DNA of 64,000 nt from Octopus sinensis (Eukaryota). The notes beneath the pieces are model-generated. The model made no database searches. It was not told where the DNA came from and worked only from the letters and a program-made list of their open reading frames with translations. The translations under genes were made by a program, and so were the position numbers. The first letter of the stretch is position 1. The number at the start of each line of letters is the position of its first letter. The DNA lies in the NCBI RefSeq assembly GCF_006345805.1, contig NC_043016.1:558001-622000 (forward strand). The letters run 5' to 3'. Positions 1 to 14,210 of the stretch are shown one piece after another.

Positions 1-929
1 GAGACAGAGTAGAATCAGTACATGTGTTTCATATTGGCTTAACGACCCTAACAAGACACAACAAAATAAATGAGTAATTGTCTACATCTCTGAAAAACAA
101 TCGTTAAACGATAATATAGTCACGTAATATAGTCATAAAAATTAAGGTAACTCTACAGTTTCATTTTTTAACAGTGGATCGAAACCAGCTAAATTGATGT
201 TATTTCATAAGAACAATTGAAAAGTAAACACAATTTCGAAGCTTATTATACCTGAATGTATTTGTTAATAATACAAATATCTGTTTTTGTGTGGGATAGA
301 AAGCCTAGTGGAGGGATTGTGTACAAAATCGGTTTTACGATCTTTAAAGGTAATGTACGGCTTTTGTAATGACGGGAACTTTACATTTCCATTTATATTT
401 AATTCAGAAACGATCATTTTGCCTCGGCGTCGATATCATGTAAACTTATAAATAAATTCGTTTCTTTTTTGGAAAGTTTTTAGTAATAGATAAGAATTTA
501 TGGTAATTAGATTTATCTATTTCATGAAGATCACCTTGAAATAAATCTGGGAAGAAGTAGTTAAATTTTTCATTCAGATTGATTTCTCTATGTAAATAAT
601 GTCTTTCTGAAGCACACGTTTATGCCTGAAAAATAAACTTTCAAATTCAATTTTATGGTTCACACTTCAGAATTTTACTAAACTTTTGATTTTCCTATCC
701 TATATAGGTCCTTTTCTTGTTGTTAGTACAACAGTCCTACACTAATTTGTTGTAAGCAGTCTATAGCATTAATGCAAAAACTGACTATAGCTCAATTGTG
801 TAATACTGTCCCGATAAAAAAGAATATTAACGCTACATCAGAAGAACTAAGTATTTTTTTCCACCAAAACAGCTGATGGTAATTTTAGAATAGCTTTGCT
901 GCGCAGTCGATTTATTCGTACTTGAAGTA

Positions 930-1156
930 ACTCTTTACTCTTTACTCTTTTACTTGTTTCAGTCATGTGACTGTAGCCATGCTGAAGCACCGCCTTTAGT
1001 CGAGCAAATCGACCGCAGGACTTATTCTTCGTAAGCCTAGTACTTATTCTATCGGTCTCCTTTGCTGAACCGCTAAGTTTTGGGGACGTAAACACACCAG
1101 CATCGGTTGACAAGCGATATTGGAGGGACAAACACAGACACACAAACACACACACA

Positions 1157-1193
<37 letters not shown>

Positions 1194-1397
1194 ACACACA
1201 TATATATATATATACATACACATACATATATACGACGGGCAACTTTCAGTTTCTTCCTACCAAATCCACTCACAAGGTTTTGGTCGGTCCGAGGCTATAG
1301 TAGAAGACATTTGTCCAAGGTGCCACGCAATAGGACTCGAACCCAGAACCCTGCGGTTCGTATGCAAGCTATTTACCACACAGCCACTCCTACGCCT
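930..1397 (-). mobile_element. tRNA-derived CORE-like SINE (family B), full length
   Basis: Head aggcgtaggagtggctgtgtggtaa with B-box-like gggttcgagtcc; CORE-like gtggcaccttggacaaatg; internal (TA)n(TG)n; 3' ggcggtgcttcagcatggc...ctgaaacaag and (AAAGAGT)n tail. Five further copies in the window. Confidence 0.9.
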
Positions 1398-2079
1398 AAA
1401 ATATAATTTTTGAAATAATTACTAAAATCTCAAATTTTTTAACAAAGATTCACGAAATATTTTTCTTGCAAAATATTTTTTTAAATCACCATATTAACGG
1501 CTTCATATTCCTTTACTAGGCTTTCTTCTTTTTATCATTTGAAAAGGGTTTTTTTCTGGTCCCACAATGGGACACAAGTCCAAGTAAACCCTTTGATCTT
1601 CCGAGGTCATCAAAGTCCGTTTATCGAAGCAGACTCATATACAATCACAATCCGCATTCACAACCATCTATCCATATTGCTCCGCAAAAGAAACGATAGA
1701 GCAATAGAGAAATCCGCGCCATCATCGTTTGCTCTGACGTTTCCATTATTTCCCTCTATTCAGTGCTATATCAACTTCACCTGTCACTTCCCTTCATCAT
1801 TCTTTTTCATGATCGAACGCAGACTTGTACACGTTTCACCCGGTTCAATAGAACACAAATCACGCTATTAATCGATCAGAATTTCTTCGAACTGTTGCAT
1901 TTGAGGGTGTGAGACACATGCCTGCGTTTTTGAAGGAAAGAAAGTGTGAGACTTTTTATCTTGTTGCTTTCCTGATAAATCATTCGGGCAAAATGTCACT
2001 ATTTTTGTGGCTAAACTTTCCCACATTTTCCCACGAAGCTCACCCATGATCGGCGTTTCTCTTTGTATCAAGCTGGCAC

Positions 2080-2148
2080 GTATACACATACATATATACA
2101 TACACACACACATACATACATACATACATACATACATACATACATACA

Positions 2149-2182
<34 letters not shown>

Positions 2183-2345
2183 CATACATACATACATACA
2201 TACATACATACACGCAAATACACACGCACAATCACACACACACATGTATGCGTGTGTATGCATGCGTGTGTATGCATGTATTTGTATATATGTATATATA
2301 TATGTGTGCATGTATGTGTGTGTATTTATGTATGTATATATGTAT
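2080..2345. repeat. (ATAC)n / (TA,TG) compound microsatellite
   Basis: Directly visible tandem repeats. Confidence 0.95.
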
Positions 2346-3520
2346 GTGTGGGTGTTTAAACACGCGTATATAGACAACTCCATATATGTTTGTTTGTGTG
2401 TGCGTCTATAAAGTTAGTTGAGATATGTGTGTTCGTGTGTAAGTGTTCGTGTGCGTATGCCTAAATGTTCCGATATTTTTCAAAAACATTAACGATTGAA
2501 TAAAAATTTTTTATTTTATCTTATTATATCTTGTTTGCTTTTAAATGTATACTTTAAATTGTTTTTTTTTTTTAGAAACATTTCCATCGTCATTTCACGC
2601 TGGGGAAAACGAAAGAAAATTTTTTAAAAGCGGGGCCTAGAAAGTTTTCCATTTCTAAAGATTCATTCTGTTCGTATATGTTCATAAAATAAATTTTAAT
2701 ATTGGTAAACCCACAGAACATGAAATATAATCTACGTGGGGTAAAAGTATTGTTCCCTTTGGCTTCCGTAAAGATTTTACAAAATAAATTTCGTTTCTAT
2801 TTGTATATTATATATTGAAAATAGTTTAGAAAAATATATAAGAACAAAAATTGGCAGAGGAAGCGGAGAGATGAAAAGGTAATAACAAGGTAGGGGTACG
2901 CGAGAGATGGGGAGAAAAGTATATTTTCCATAAAGAGAGAAAGCAAAATAATCACTGAAATAAATACAAAAAGGGCGAAATGCCATGAGAAGATATGTGT
3001 AAAATATAGATTGCTTGATGTTGTTATTATATTATTATGTATTTTTAGCGCAGCATGGATATATAATACTGATGTTTGTGTATTTCTTTTTCTTCATGTT
3101 AACCACCAAACCTTTCATGAAAGACATAAGATAGGATGTACCTCTCTATGAATAATAGCCTTTACAAGGAGAGAAAATCTTTGAGTACACGCATGTCTGT
3201 CTTGATGCTCAACTCTTTCAGGTGCTACCAGTTGTTTTTTGGAGCATTGTCCAAATCTTTATATCTCTTATTTTAAATTAGCATATTTTGCGATCTTTTC
3301 TTCTTTCTTTTGTTTGAATAATTTGAAGAAATGATGATGTCTGTTACGGCGCATTTTATACAAATACTTTCATGTATAATAATATATTTGGCATATGGTG
3401 TTCAATTCGTTTTCATCTCATTGAATACAAAAATTCCATAGAATTGTTAGTTTACCATGTTAAATAAGGATCTCTTTTCTCACATAAAATACCATTTGTC
3501 AGAACTATACTATTAGGGCA

Positions 3521-3715
3521 CCGAGCTGAAAAAGTCATTAACACCTCGGTCAAAGAGAGGAGCTTTCCTTCAGGCAGTTTATGTTCTGAGTTCAAATTTT
3601 GCCTGGGCCAACTTAGTATTCCATCGTTTCGGGAACGATATTTGCACCAGTCAAGTTTTTAGGTCGATGTAACTGACTTACCCCACTCTCAAGATTGCCA
3701 GCCTTGTGCTAAAGC
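3521..3715 (+). mobile_element. Degenerate tRNA/Meta-domain-like SINE (family A)
   Basis: B-box gttctgagttcaaatt, degenerate ccatcgtttcggg core, tail ...gccagccttgtgctaa. Confidence 0.6.
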
Positions 3716-3724
3716 AATACATGG

Positions 3725-4480
3725 ACCATGCCAGTATTAAAGATAATATGTTCTCCTTCTAAAATGGAGAAGGTTGATTCACAGAACTTAGATAGAAGAC
3801 TTAGTAAGCTGCTACGCACGACTCTAAAAGTAATACCGTAAAGAGGATTAGTAAATGCAAAGTACACCGTTAATATCGCGATATTGGGGTTGAAAAAAGT
3901 ATGTTTTGCAGTGTAATGGAAGAATACTATCGGAAGCTACAAATGTCTCAAAAAAGACTGGAACAGTAGGTGAATTCAAAAAGAAAAGAACAGCAGATCA
4001 GACAAATGGAAAGAAATGGAATTACATGGCCAATTCATGAAAGAGATTGAGACTGTTGAAAGCAAAGAACGCTGTCTACGGTTGTCGGATGGAAACTTGG
4101 AACGAATGACTGAAATGCTAATTATACCCGTTCAAGAACAAGCCGTTAGAAGAAAGCTCATGAAGGCAATAATCGACGAAACTCAGTCAGACAGCAAATG
4201 TAGAATCTGTAGTAGAAAAGATGAAAGTATCAATCATCTCTTGAGTGAATGCAATATACTAGCACAAAAAAAATGCACAAAAAGAGTATAAGTACATTTA
4301 TGGGAAAATGAATTCATTGCGATGTCAGCCGAGTATGTGGCTTCAAAATGAAAGTGATATAAACACGAACCAGATGCTGTAGCAGAAAATGAGAATTGCA
4401 CGGTCTTCATAAAGTCTAACCATACTACAGAAGCAAAAAGACCAGATATAATTATAGAGAAAAAAGTGTCAAGCTATATT
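3725..4480 (+). mobile_element. R4/Dong-type non-LTR retrotransposon, 3' fragment (CCHC finger and RLE start), decayed
   Basis: ORF 4016-4291 HGQF...QEQ...CRICSRKDESINHLLSEC (with downstream H); KRPDII restriction-like endonuclease motif at about 4437. Confidence 0.85.
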
Positions 4481-4539
4481 ATATAGGAATCTTAAGAAAT
4501 ATTTTTGAGATTTGAGGCGACTTTGTATAGGTTGGCTAA

Positions 4540-4800
4540 TATCTTGTGAGTGAATTTGGTAGGCAGAAACTCTTTGTCTGTGTGTAGGTCTGTCTGTCTG
4601 TATGTATTTATGAGTATTATATATATGTGTGTGTGTGTGTGTGTGTGCGTGTGTATATGTCATTGTGTTTGTGTTCGTTCTCTCGCCGCTTGAGAACCGG
4701 TGTTGGTTTATTTACGTCTCCGTAAGCTAACGGCAAAAAGACACTGATAGTTCCAGCTTGGTTGCGGTCCTATGAAGTAAACAAGTAAAAGAAATAAAAT
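4540..4800 (+). mobile_element. Degenerate family B SINE, 3' portion
   Basis: gtgagtgaatttggtag, internal TG/TA repeat, tail aaacaagtaaaag. Confidence 0.65.
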
Positions 4801-5125
4801 CTAAAAATATATAACATCTATAAAAGATCTGAAAATGAAAATGTCTTTTTAATCTTGACAAAAAAGCGATAACGCTTAATCCCCCCCCCCGTAGTAGTCG
4901 TTGTTATTTAGTTCATGTTATATACTGTTAAGTTTGTGAATAGAAATATACGCATATTTTAACACTATTTCTGTTCAGACTTCATTGGTTGAGCTGTATA
5001 TATACCTACTTGAACTAATTGCAGCCAGTGAGCAAAATTCGAGTGATTACACACATCAAATATTATTACAGGAGGCTAAATATGTTGCTTCATGTTAAAA
5101 TGTTAAATGGCTAAGAGATATGTAG

Positions 5126-5126
<1 letters not shown>

Positions 5127-5171
<45 letters not shown>

Positions 5172-5390
5172 ACACGCACACACAGATACACGCACACACT
5201 CACACACACACGCACACACGCACACGCACGCACACACACACGCACACATACACACGCACACACACACACGCACACACACGCACGCACACACACACACGCA
5301 CACGCGCACACGCACAGACACACGCACACGCACACACACACACGCACACGCACACACACGCACACGCACACACACACACGTACACTCATA
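5127..5390. repeat. (CA)n/(CACG)n microsatellite
   Basis: Directly visible. Confidence 0.95.
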
Positions 5391-8067
5391 AGTATGTAAA
5401 TATTCATATATATACACGTGTATATATGCATTCATACATAGAAACATGCGTGCGCGCGCACATACACATATATGTTTGCGTCAGTAGTAATTTTAAAAGT
5501 AAATAGTAAAATTATGCTATAGTAAGAAGACCATAGGCATTGGTAGGAAGTAACAGAATTTACGAGAATAATTCTAGGTGCAAGAGTGGTCAAATGTGTG
5601 GACCATGTAAAATCTTGCCAATTTGTAGCAATTAAAGCCAACTGAAATAGCTTGGCTAAACCATACACACGGAACGATTTTACACGTTAGGAAATGTTAG
5701 AGTGGCTTATTTGTGTTATGGCCGCCAATCAATAATGATTGCAAAAATTGAAATAGAAAACTTACTTTTTTCTGTATTTCTTGAACGTTATTCTTTTATT
5801 TGTTGAGTTACCTATGGCTAAATTATTTTATTGAAGGCCAGACGTGCATATACGGTTGTCATATTTATATAATTAGTACAATTCGTTAATTTTCTATATG
5901 AGTAAAGGACACACTGTTTGTAGTATGTGTTAGACGTATTTATATAACACTGACAGCATCAGGTGAGCTGCATGATAGCTAACTTTATTCCCTCCTTCAC
6001 TGTGGTTACATTGATTTATTGCTACCTAAAAAGAAATTTATTGCTACATAACAATGAATTCTTTCATATTTTCCCATAGACAATGATAAACAAAGTGAAG
6101 ATATGATTCACCATAAAATAAAGCAAAATCGATTATTTCTGACTACAATACCTCAATCTATAAAAGAGAAAAAGAAAGTTGTGGGAAGTTTTCGGTTATT
6201 TCTGTAGTTTACGGGTGGGATTTTGAAAATATGGAAAAGTCTAATTAAAGGGAAAGTTGAGACTCTAAGCTGTCGATTATAACGCTAGCAATTCCTTTGA
6301 TTAGATCTATAAAAACACTGGCGAAATAATTTTATCGCTGGCATTAGTACAGTTAACACAACATATCATTGTCCAACAGATTGTTTTACTTTTACTCGTA
6401 ATGGTAACTCTGGCAACTCTGAGAACAATAATAATGCACGCACAAGCACACACATGTACACACATACAAATATCAGTAAATTGATATACCGATAAATTAA
6501 TATATCGATAAATTAATACCAGTCAAATGCTGAGGATCATTACAGCCGATGTAATGGATAACATTTCTCCTACAAATTTACCAACCTTCTACTAACGTGA
6601 AAAATCATTATTACTATACAAAGCAAATACTAATAAAGTGAGCGATATGTAGTCAATTTCCATCGACTACATTTTCCCTTTATTTTGGGACTTCGAAATA
6701 GGATTGATAGATTTGCTTGTATGGTAGTGAACAAGTTAATCATTCAAGAGTAATGTGTGGAGACGAACAATAATATTTTTTTCAAATTTTCCTCAGCGTC
6801 TTAAGTTGTGATAAACGCTATTCCTTTACATTTTAAAACTCTTTGTTTGTTAACTCCCAGGAGTTGTTAATGAAGATGTCGAAAGCCTCTAGGTTGATAT
6901 AGTTTAATTTATCGGATTTTTAGGTCATCTGTTCTACAAGTATGTCGTGCCTTACAATTCAGAAGAACGTTCCGTTTGATGTGTGAAAGTTTGTAAGAAC
7001 GTTACTTTGACTAGTTTCTGATGTAAATTCATTGGATGGATAAAACTTGCTCAGAATGTTGTAAAATATATGAAGTTCATCATTTGATTTGGCTCAAGAT
7101 ATATAATACCCATCAAGAAGTGTTACTATTTCTCTATAACATAGATTTTAAAACGTTGAACAAATGTTCTCAATACTTCTTGCTATGATTTCACATTTTT
7201 AAATAAACAATCACTAAGTTAGCAAAGCTAAGTGACGCTATTGTGCCCATAGTTATACCATTTCTTCCTATACCTTTTCTGTAAAAGCAAGCGTGTTCTC
7301 TTTCAGCGCTAATTTATAGCTCTGGTGATAAAGGCCATTTTGAGTTGCTCATTTTTTATTTCTCTGTAGGATTCTATATAAACAGCCGATAAGACAACTG
7401 GAATGAAGGAGAATTCCATTGAGTGATCATATAGAAGTTTGCAGAAATACCAAATTCAAGATTTCCCTATTTTATAAGTCCTCAAGGGATGATGCTCAAT
7501 AATAGAAAAAAATGGAAAAATAATTTATCAAAATATTTACTCCGAAATTAAATACATTAAAACTATTTATAGAGACACTGAAAACTTTATTACAGAATGA
7601 CTTTCCCATATGAACCAAAGCAAGTCACCGTCAGATATTAATATTTTTGTTACTGTTGTTATTTAACAACTATTGAGGAGAATATTTTTGAAATAATCAC
7701 CAAATACTCACGAGCATACATATATTTATATAGAAACTCCCAAATCACAGTCATATACCTTGAAAAATCCCTCATATAGACAAAAATCAGTCAACTGTTT
7801 AATGACTTCCCTAGATTAAAATCAAAGATTTATTGAAAATTATAAAAAATCTCGACATTTATTTGATAAACTTGTCACTTGAACAAAGGAAACCAAAAAC
7901 CCAATCCCTGAGCTCATTTGTTCGTTGGTTTACTTTCAACAAACTATTGATACATTTTAAACACAACACACACACGCACCAATATATATATACATATATA
8001 AATGCATGTATGCATATATTATATTTACGTACACTAACATTAATATATATGCTTTTCTGTATGTATG

Positions 8068-8120
<53 letters not shown>

Positions 8121-8574
8121 CAAATACCAAATGTACATATATCATATATTATAGGTGGTCTCCTATTAGTTACCATCCAAATGGGATAAATACAAACCAT
8201 GCCAATAGTAAATCACAAACTATGCCATAATGAAAGATAAAGGCCATATTGCACAATGTAATCCAGGCTTATATAATCCAGCAGGATGGACTTTTATCTT
8301 ACGTCTTCTCCATCATGGCTAGCCGAGAGCTAAGTATCAACTAGAAAAATAATTTCTAATGGCCGATCTTTCTCTTAGAAATTTATGGCGGATAAATGCA
8401 TGTAAATATGCGAGCAGTTATCTTTATAAAAACGACACATACTAAATTATTCATCTTTAGTAGTAAAAGGCAGAACATTTTGCAGATATAAAATGAAGGA
8501 CGGACAACAAAATAATCATCATATTAATAATATTAAGGGTAATAAAAACTAACTCTACAAGGAAAACAACAGTA

Positions 8575-9050
<476 letters not shown>

Positions 9051-10366
9051 TAGGTTTGTGGGAGGCAGACAGCTATAAATACGTATTAAATATGATATCT
9101 AAGTGGGTTTCCATGATATGACCGGAAAGAAAAATCAAGAGTTAAACAAACAAAAAATGATTTAATAAAATATTAAATACATAAGAATAATAGTGAAAAA
9201 TAATCTAGCAAATATATGTAGGACAACAACTAAAGCAGAATAACAAAATAAACCAAAAGACACAAGTATTATAACAGCAAACACTTAAACAACAACAATA
9301 ACAACAGGAGTAATATCATTAACAACAGCCTACAACATTTATAGGAAATAGTGAAATATTGTGATGAATGTGTTATTTAGAGTGTAAGCAAATAATTGTT
9401 TACAGTATTCCTGGAACAACAATAGCATGCATTTATGACGGCAACAAATATTTTTACACGGGCCATTAATGGCGTTGAGAAAGTAATAAAACATAAAAAC
9501 GAGAAGACATTTTTGTGCTACACTGTGTGTTTATAAGGTAGGTATGTATTAACGTTTGTATTCATGTGTGTTTGTTATGTGTATTTGTGTGTCTGTGTGA
9601 GCTTTTTGGTGTGTGTGTGTGTTGCTGTGTGTAGAGGCACACTTGCACATGCATACGCTAACACACTGATTGCGAAGATGCTATTGATACTGATGATGAT
9701 GATGATGATGATGATGAGGATGATGATGATGATGACGATGATGATGATGATGACGATGGCGATGATGATGAGGGGGAGGATGATACCCCAAAGGGTAGGA
9801 CCGTTCGTCATCGAGATAATGTGGTACAAAAGAAAGGAGGAAAGATTGACTGGAGCAGACTGAACGAAACCCGTGATGGAATCTTATATCCGAAGTGAAC
9901 CTAACAGATTTGGCTATATGGACAGAAGTGTGAAAGATATTGACTTGAACATGGAATATCTGATGAATCCCGGTGGAGATTAAGTGATCATGTAAGGCAT
10001 AAAAAAAATGAAATGCTGGTTAACAGTAGTACGAATCGAAGAAATCAAATGTAGAACTTACCAAACTGAAAATAATAATGTAAGATAGATAAATGTTAAT
10101 GATACTGAATGCAGAGGTATGGAGGTTTAGATACCACGTATCGAAATACACCTAACTGTGCACGAGGAACAAGAAATTAACTTTCCTGGTTGAGAACTAG
10201 TTATTGCTGGTAGATTACAATATATTACCAAGTGAGATGAATGAAAATAGTTGCCATCAATTAAAAAGATAAAGAAGAACAGTATGGCGAAAGTGTTACA
10301 GTTATTTAATCAAGTCTTGGACAAAATTAGAAATAATGAGATCACCATGACCAACAAATTAATGTA

Positions 10367-10583
10367 CGAGGGGCTGCTAAAAAGGTCCTTGTTTTAAGGG
10401 TATCGTGAAAGGCCTGGCTGGAGGCTTAATCTGCCGAGCTCTTGTATATGGCTTACAAAAACTGAAGGACTACTGCAATAAATGTGTGAATCTGAGAAGA
10501 GAATATGTTGAATAAAATCATTATTAACTAATCCTGCTGTATTTTCATTTACCCAAAGCCAGGAACTTTTCAGCACCAACTCG
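10367..10583 (+). mobile_element. Mariner-derived MITE, about 217 bp, TA TSD
   Basis: TA|CGAGGGGCTGCTAAAAAG ... CTTTTCAGCACCAACTCG|TA imperfect TIRs; internal GLQKLKDYCNKCVNLRREYVE* resembles the mariner transposase C-terminus. Confidence 0.8.
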
Positions 10584-11385
10584 TATGCTGCAGCAGTGGT
10601 ATTAATGGAAAGACTTAGATTGAAGATATCCCAATCTCAAGAGAAAGTGAACCCTCGTGGGAAAGCGGTCGCAAGGACAGGTAGACTAGTTGTAAAAAGG
10701 TCTTGCGAGGGTAGAAATTCTTTGCCACGAGTTTAAGATTCCACGAAGCAATCCAAAGAAAGTACTGGCAGAAAAAATAAGATATAGGAGAATTAAGACA
10801 AAAGATAAAAGCGAAAGCTGCCGAGATCAAGAGATACAAAAACAAACTGAACAGTTTTGACAAACTAAGTTGTTCGAAACAGATCAAAGTTGATTTTACA
10901 AGGAACTAAATGGAGATGGTACAAAGAACGTACTGCCTAACAAAGAAGAGACAAAGAAATTTTGGTGAAATATTAGGAATCATGAAGTGAAACACAATGG
11001 TGATGCAGAATGGTTAAAAAATATAAAGACAACGCAGATTTGCCAAAATAGAGAAACGTAGAGGTCACAGGAGAAAAGTTTTAAAATGTCTTGAAAGGGA
11101 TGCCAAACTGGAAATCACCTGGATCAGATTCGGTCCAGGGATTTTGGCTAAAACGTTTCACTGCGCTTCATGATAGAATAAAAACACAACTAGATAGCTG
11201 TATTGAGACAGGGGATGTCCCTGAATGGATGGAGGCAGGCAGGACGATGTTGATATTGAATCAAAAGAAATTACTTATAGCAAGTGATTACCGACCAATA
11301 ACTTTGCCCACCGCTGATGTAGAAGTTGCAAACAGACGTTACTGGGAAGGAAATAAGTATCTTGAAGAGGGAGATCTTTGCCAAA

Positions 11386-11444
<59 letters not shown>

Positions 11445-12052
11445 AAGAGAAAGGATGTAGAAAAGATTCTAAGGAAAACACAATCTACTATATGTATGTC
11501 AGCAAGTCTCAGGGACGTCAAAAGCAGAAAGATAAACTTACTAAAAGGCTCACTTGTGGATTCCAGAATGCCTCAAGATATTTGGGATGGCTGAGAATAT
11601 TGTCCTGCTTCTACAAAACAATATGCCAACATGGAGAACTATTCTAACATCGGGTCAAGATAAGATAGGTGATGTAAACAAAACTGGGGGAATATTGCAA
11701 GGTGATACACTCTCACCACTTATATTTAACATAACAGAGATTAAATTATGACTCGAATTTTCCAATGGGGAGTAAACAAGACACCTCTTGTTTATGGGTG
11801 ACCTGAAATTATTTGTTCAAATTGAGAAAGTTTTCGATTCACTGGTTCAAACCGTTAGAACAGTGAGTGATGATATTAGCGTGAAGTTTTGAAAAGATAA
11901 ATGTGCTATGCTAGTTATGAACAGAGGGAAAATATTCAAGTCAGAAGCGATGAAGCTCCCACATGAGACATCAATCTGAGCAATGAAGAAGAGTTACACC
12001 TAGAAGACCTAGGTCTATTCGAGGCAGATGAAATTCTCAGTGAAGAAATCAA

Positions 12053-12355
12053 AGATTCACACATTTATTGCAGTAGTCCTTCAGTTTTTGTAAGCCATAT
12101 ACAAGAGCTCGGAAGATTAAGCCTCCAGCCAAGCCTTTCACGATACCCTTAAAACAAGGAACATTTGAGCATCCCCTCGTACATTAATTTGTTGGTCATG
12201 GTGATCTCATTATTTCTAATTTTGTCCAAGACTTGATTAAATATCTGTAACTCTTTCGCCATACTGTTCTTCTTTATCTTTTTAATTGATGGCAACTATT
12301 TTCATTCATCTCACTGGGTAATATATTGTAATCTACCTGCAATAACTAGTTCTCA
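12053..12355 (-). repeat. Inverted copy of 10191-10493 (Dong sequence plus part of the mariner MITE)
   Basis: Reverse complement aligns over 303 bp with about 10 mismatches counted by eye; flanked by a 21-bp direct repeat with 2 mismatches. Confidence 0.9.
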
Positions 12356-12603
12356 GTTAAGAAATGAAAGAAAAGGTGAGAAATGAATATCCCAGGAGAA
12401 TAAAAACTGTGATAAGCTCAAAACAGAAGAGAACAGCATCTCTGTTATTAACTCATGGATAGTCATCTAATACAATATTCTGCTGCCTTCCTTACTTGGA
12501 CTAAAGCAGAACTAAGCGGTATAGATTGTAGAACAAGAAAGACAAAGGTATTTACATCCTAAAGACTGTACTGAAGGTTATACCTATTCCTTTACAAGGA
12601 ACT

Positions 12604-12800
12604 AAACACAGAAGGGACAAACAAGGGCAAACGGATTCAGTCGATTATATCGACTCCAACGCGTAACTGGTACTTAATTTATCGACCCCGGAAGGATGAA
12701 AGGTAAAGTCGACCTCGGCGGAATTTGAACTCAGAACGTAACGGCAGACGAAATATGACTACGCATTTCACCCGGCGAGCTAACGTTTCTGCCAGCTCGT
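12604..12800 (-). mobile_element. Family A (tRNA + Meta-like) SINE
   Basis: Reverse complement of cgagctggcagaaacgttag...gagttcaaattccgccgaggtcgactttacctttcatcc. Confidence 0.9.
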
Positions 12801-13397
12801 ATTACCAGCCAATGTACGCCACTAGCCCAGAAGGAATATAAGAGACGCCACGACAATATAGCCAGGCTTGTCCATTGAACACTTTGCAACATGTATGGAC
12901 TTGACGAAGCAAAAAATTGGTACGACCACAAACCTGAAAGCATTGTCGAAAATAGAAATGCAAAGATCCTATGGGATTTTATGATTCAGTACGACCATGA
13001 AATTGAGAATAGGAAATCACAGTCTTAATTGAGAAAGAAAACAAACTATGCTGGATCATAGATATAGCATGCCCAGCTGACAACAAGGTATGCGATAAGG
13101 AAGAAACAAAAGTCGAGAGATATGACAGGTTAACTTGGGAAGTTAAGCAGTTGTGGTCGATGAAAAAGGTAGTAGTAGTACTAATAATTGTCGGAGGCCT
13201 GGGAATAGCGAGAAAAAATATCGAGAAGTACGCGGAACAAACAGGGGCTGCAATAAGGGTGGAGCACTTGTAGAAAACAGCACTGCTTAGAGCCGCTCGT
13301 ATACGCCGGAAGGTGGTCGAAAAATAAGAGTTGTCACCTTAGTTCACTGGTAGTGAACAGCTGACACTGTAATACATCTCAGCGTTAGAAGCTATGC

Positions 13398-13422
13398 AAT
13401 AATAATAATAATGATATTAATG

Positions 13423-13496
<74 letters not shown>

Positions 13497-13505
13497 CATA
13501 ATCAT
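13398..13505. repeat. (AAT)n microsatellite
   Basis: Directly visible; follows the Dong 3' end. Confidence 0.95.
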
Positions 13506-13519
13506 AATTTCTAGTGAAG

Positions 13520-14210
13520 ACACAAGGACTGACATTTTAGGAGAGGTGGGGCTAGTCAATTACAACGACCCCAACGCATAACTAGCACTTATTTCATCGA
13601 CCCCGAAAGGGTGAATGATAAAGTTGACCTTGGTAGAATTTGAACTCAGAACATAAAGACAAATGAAATGCCACTAAGCATTTTGCCCGGCGTGCTAACG
13701 GTTCTGCCAATTCACCGCCTTATATAATGATAATAACAATAATAGGAATGATAAGGTGGTGGGCTAGCAGAATTTTCGCCATGCCTGGCGAAATGCTCTC
13801 CGGCATGTCGTCCCTTTTCACGCTCTACGTTTAAATTCTGTCGGGATCGACTTTCCCTTTCATCCTTTCGGGACCGATAAAATAAGCATTAGTTTAACAC
13901 TGGGGTTGATGTAATCAACTTTTCTTTTCACCCGTAATTGCTGGCCTTGTACTAAAATTTGAAACTAGTAGTGATGATAGCGATAGTAATAAGGGTAACA
14001 ATAGCAATAACAACAACAATAACAATCATTTCAAATTTTGGCACAAGGCCAGTATTCCCGGCCAGTATTTCGATAGCATCAACCCCAGTGCTCAACTGGT
14101 ACTTCGTCGATCCCTAAAAGATGAAAGGCAAAGTCAACTTTGGCGGAATTTCAACTCAGAACGTAAAGACGGGCAAAATGCCGCCAAGCATTTGCCAGCT
14201 TGCCACCTTA
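13520..14210. mobile_element. Cluster of three family A SINEs (alternative tail): 13520-13722(-), 13755-13965(+), 14030-14210(-)
   Basis: Each has a B-box-like motif and the gactttgcctttcatcc core; tail ctggccttgtgccaaaatttgaaa. Confidence 0.85.

Larger units (their letters stand above)
9900..13397 (+). mobile_element. R4/Dong-type LINE, large decayed copy with nested insertions, ending at (TAA)n
   Basis: RT fragments MPNWKSPGSDSVQGFW, DYRPIT, ILQGDTLSPLIF, LLFMGDLKLF; RLE region IIDIACPADNKV; 3' end abuts (AAT)n at 13398. Confidence 0.85.

Noticed and set aside
1539-2070. 110-aa ORF and GC-richer unique segment
   Set aside because: There is no recognisable domain or splice structure. It could be regulatory, but nothing in the sequence supports a call.
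6860-6945. Two micro-exon-like units (ELLMKMSKASR; SSVLQ)
   Set aside because: The implied intron is only about 31 nt and the first donor is weak.
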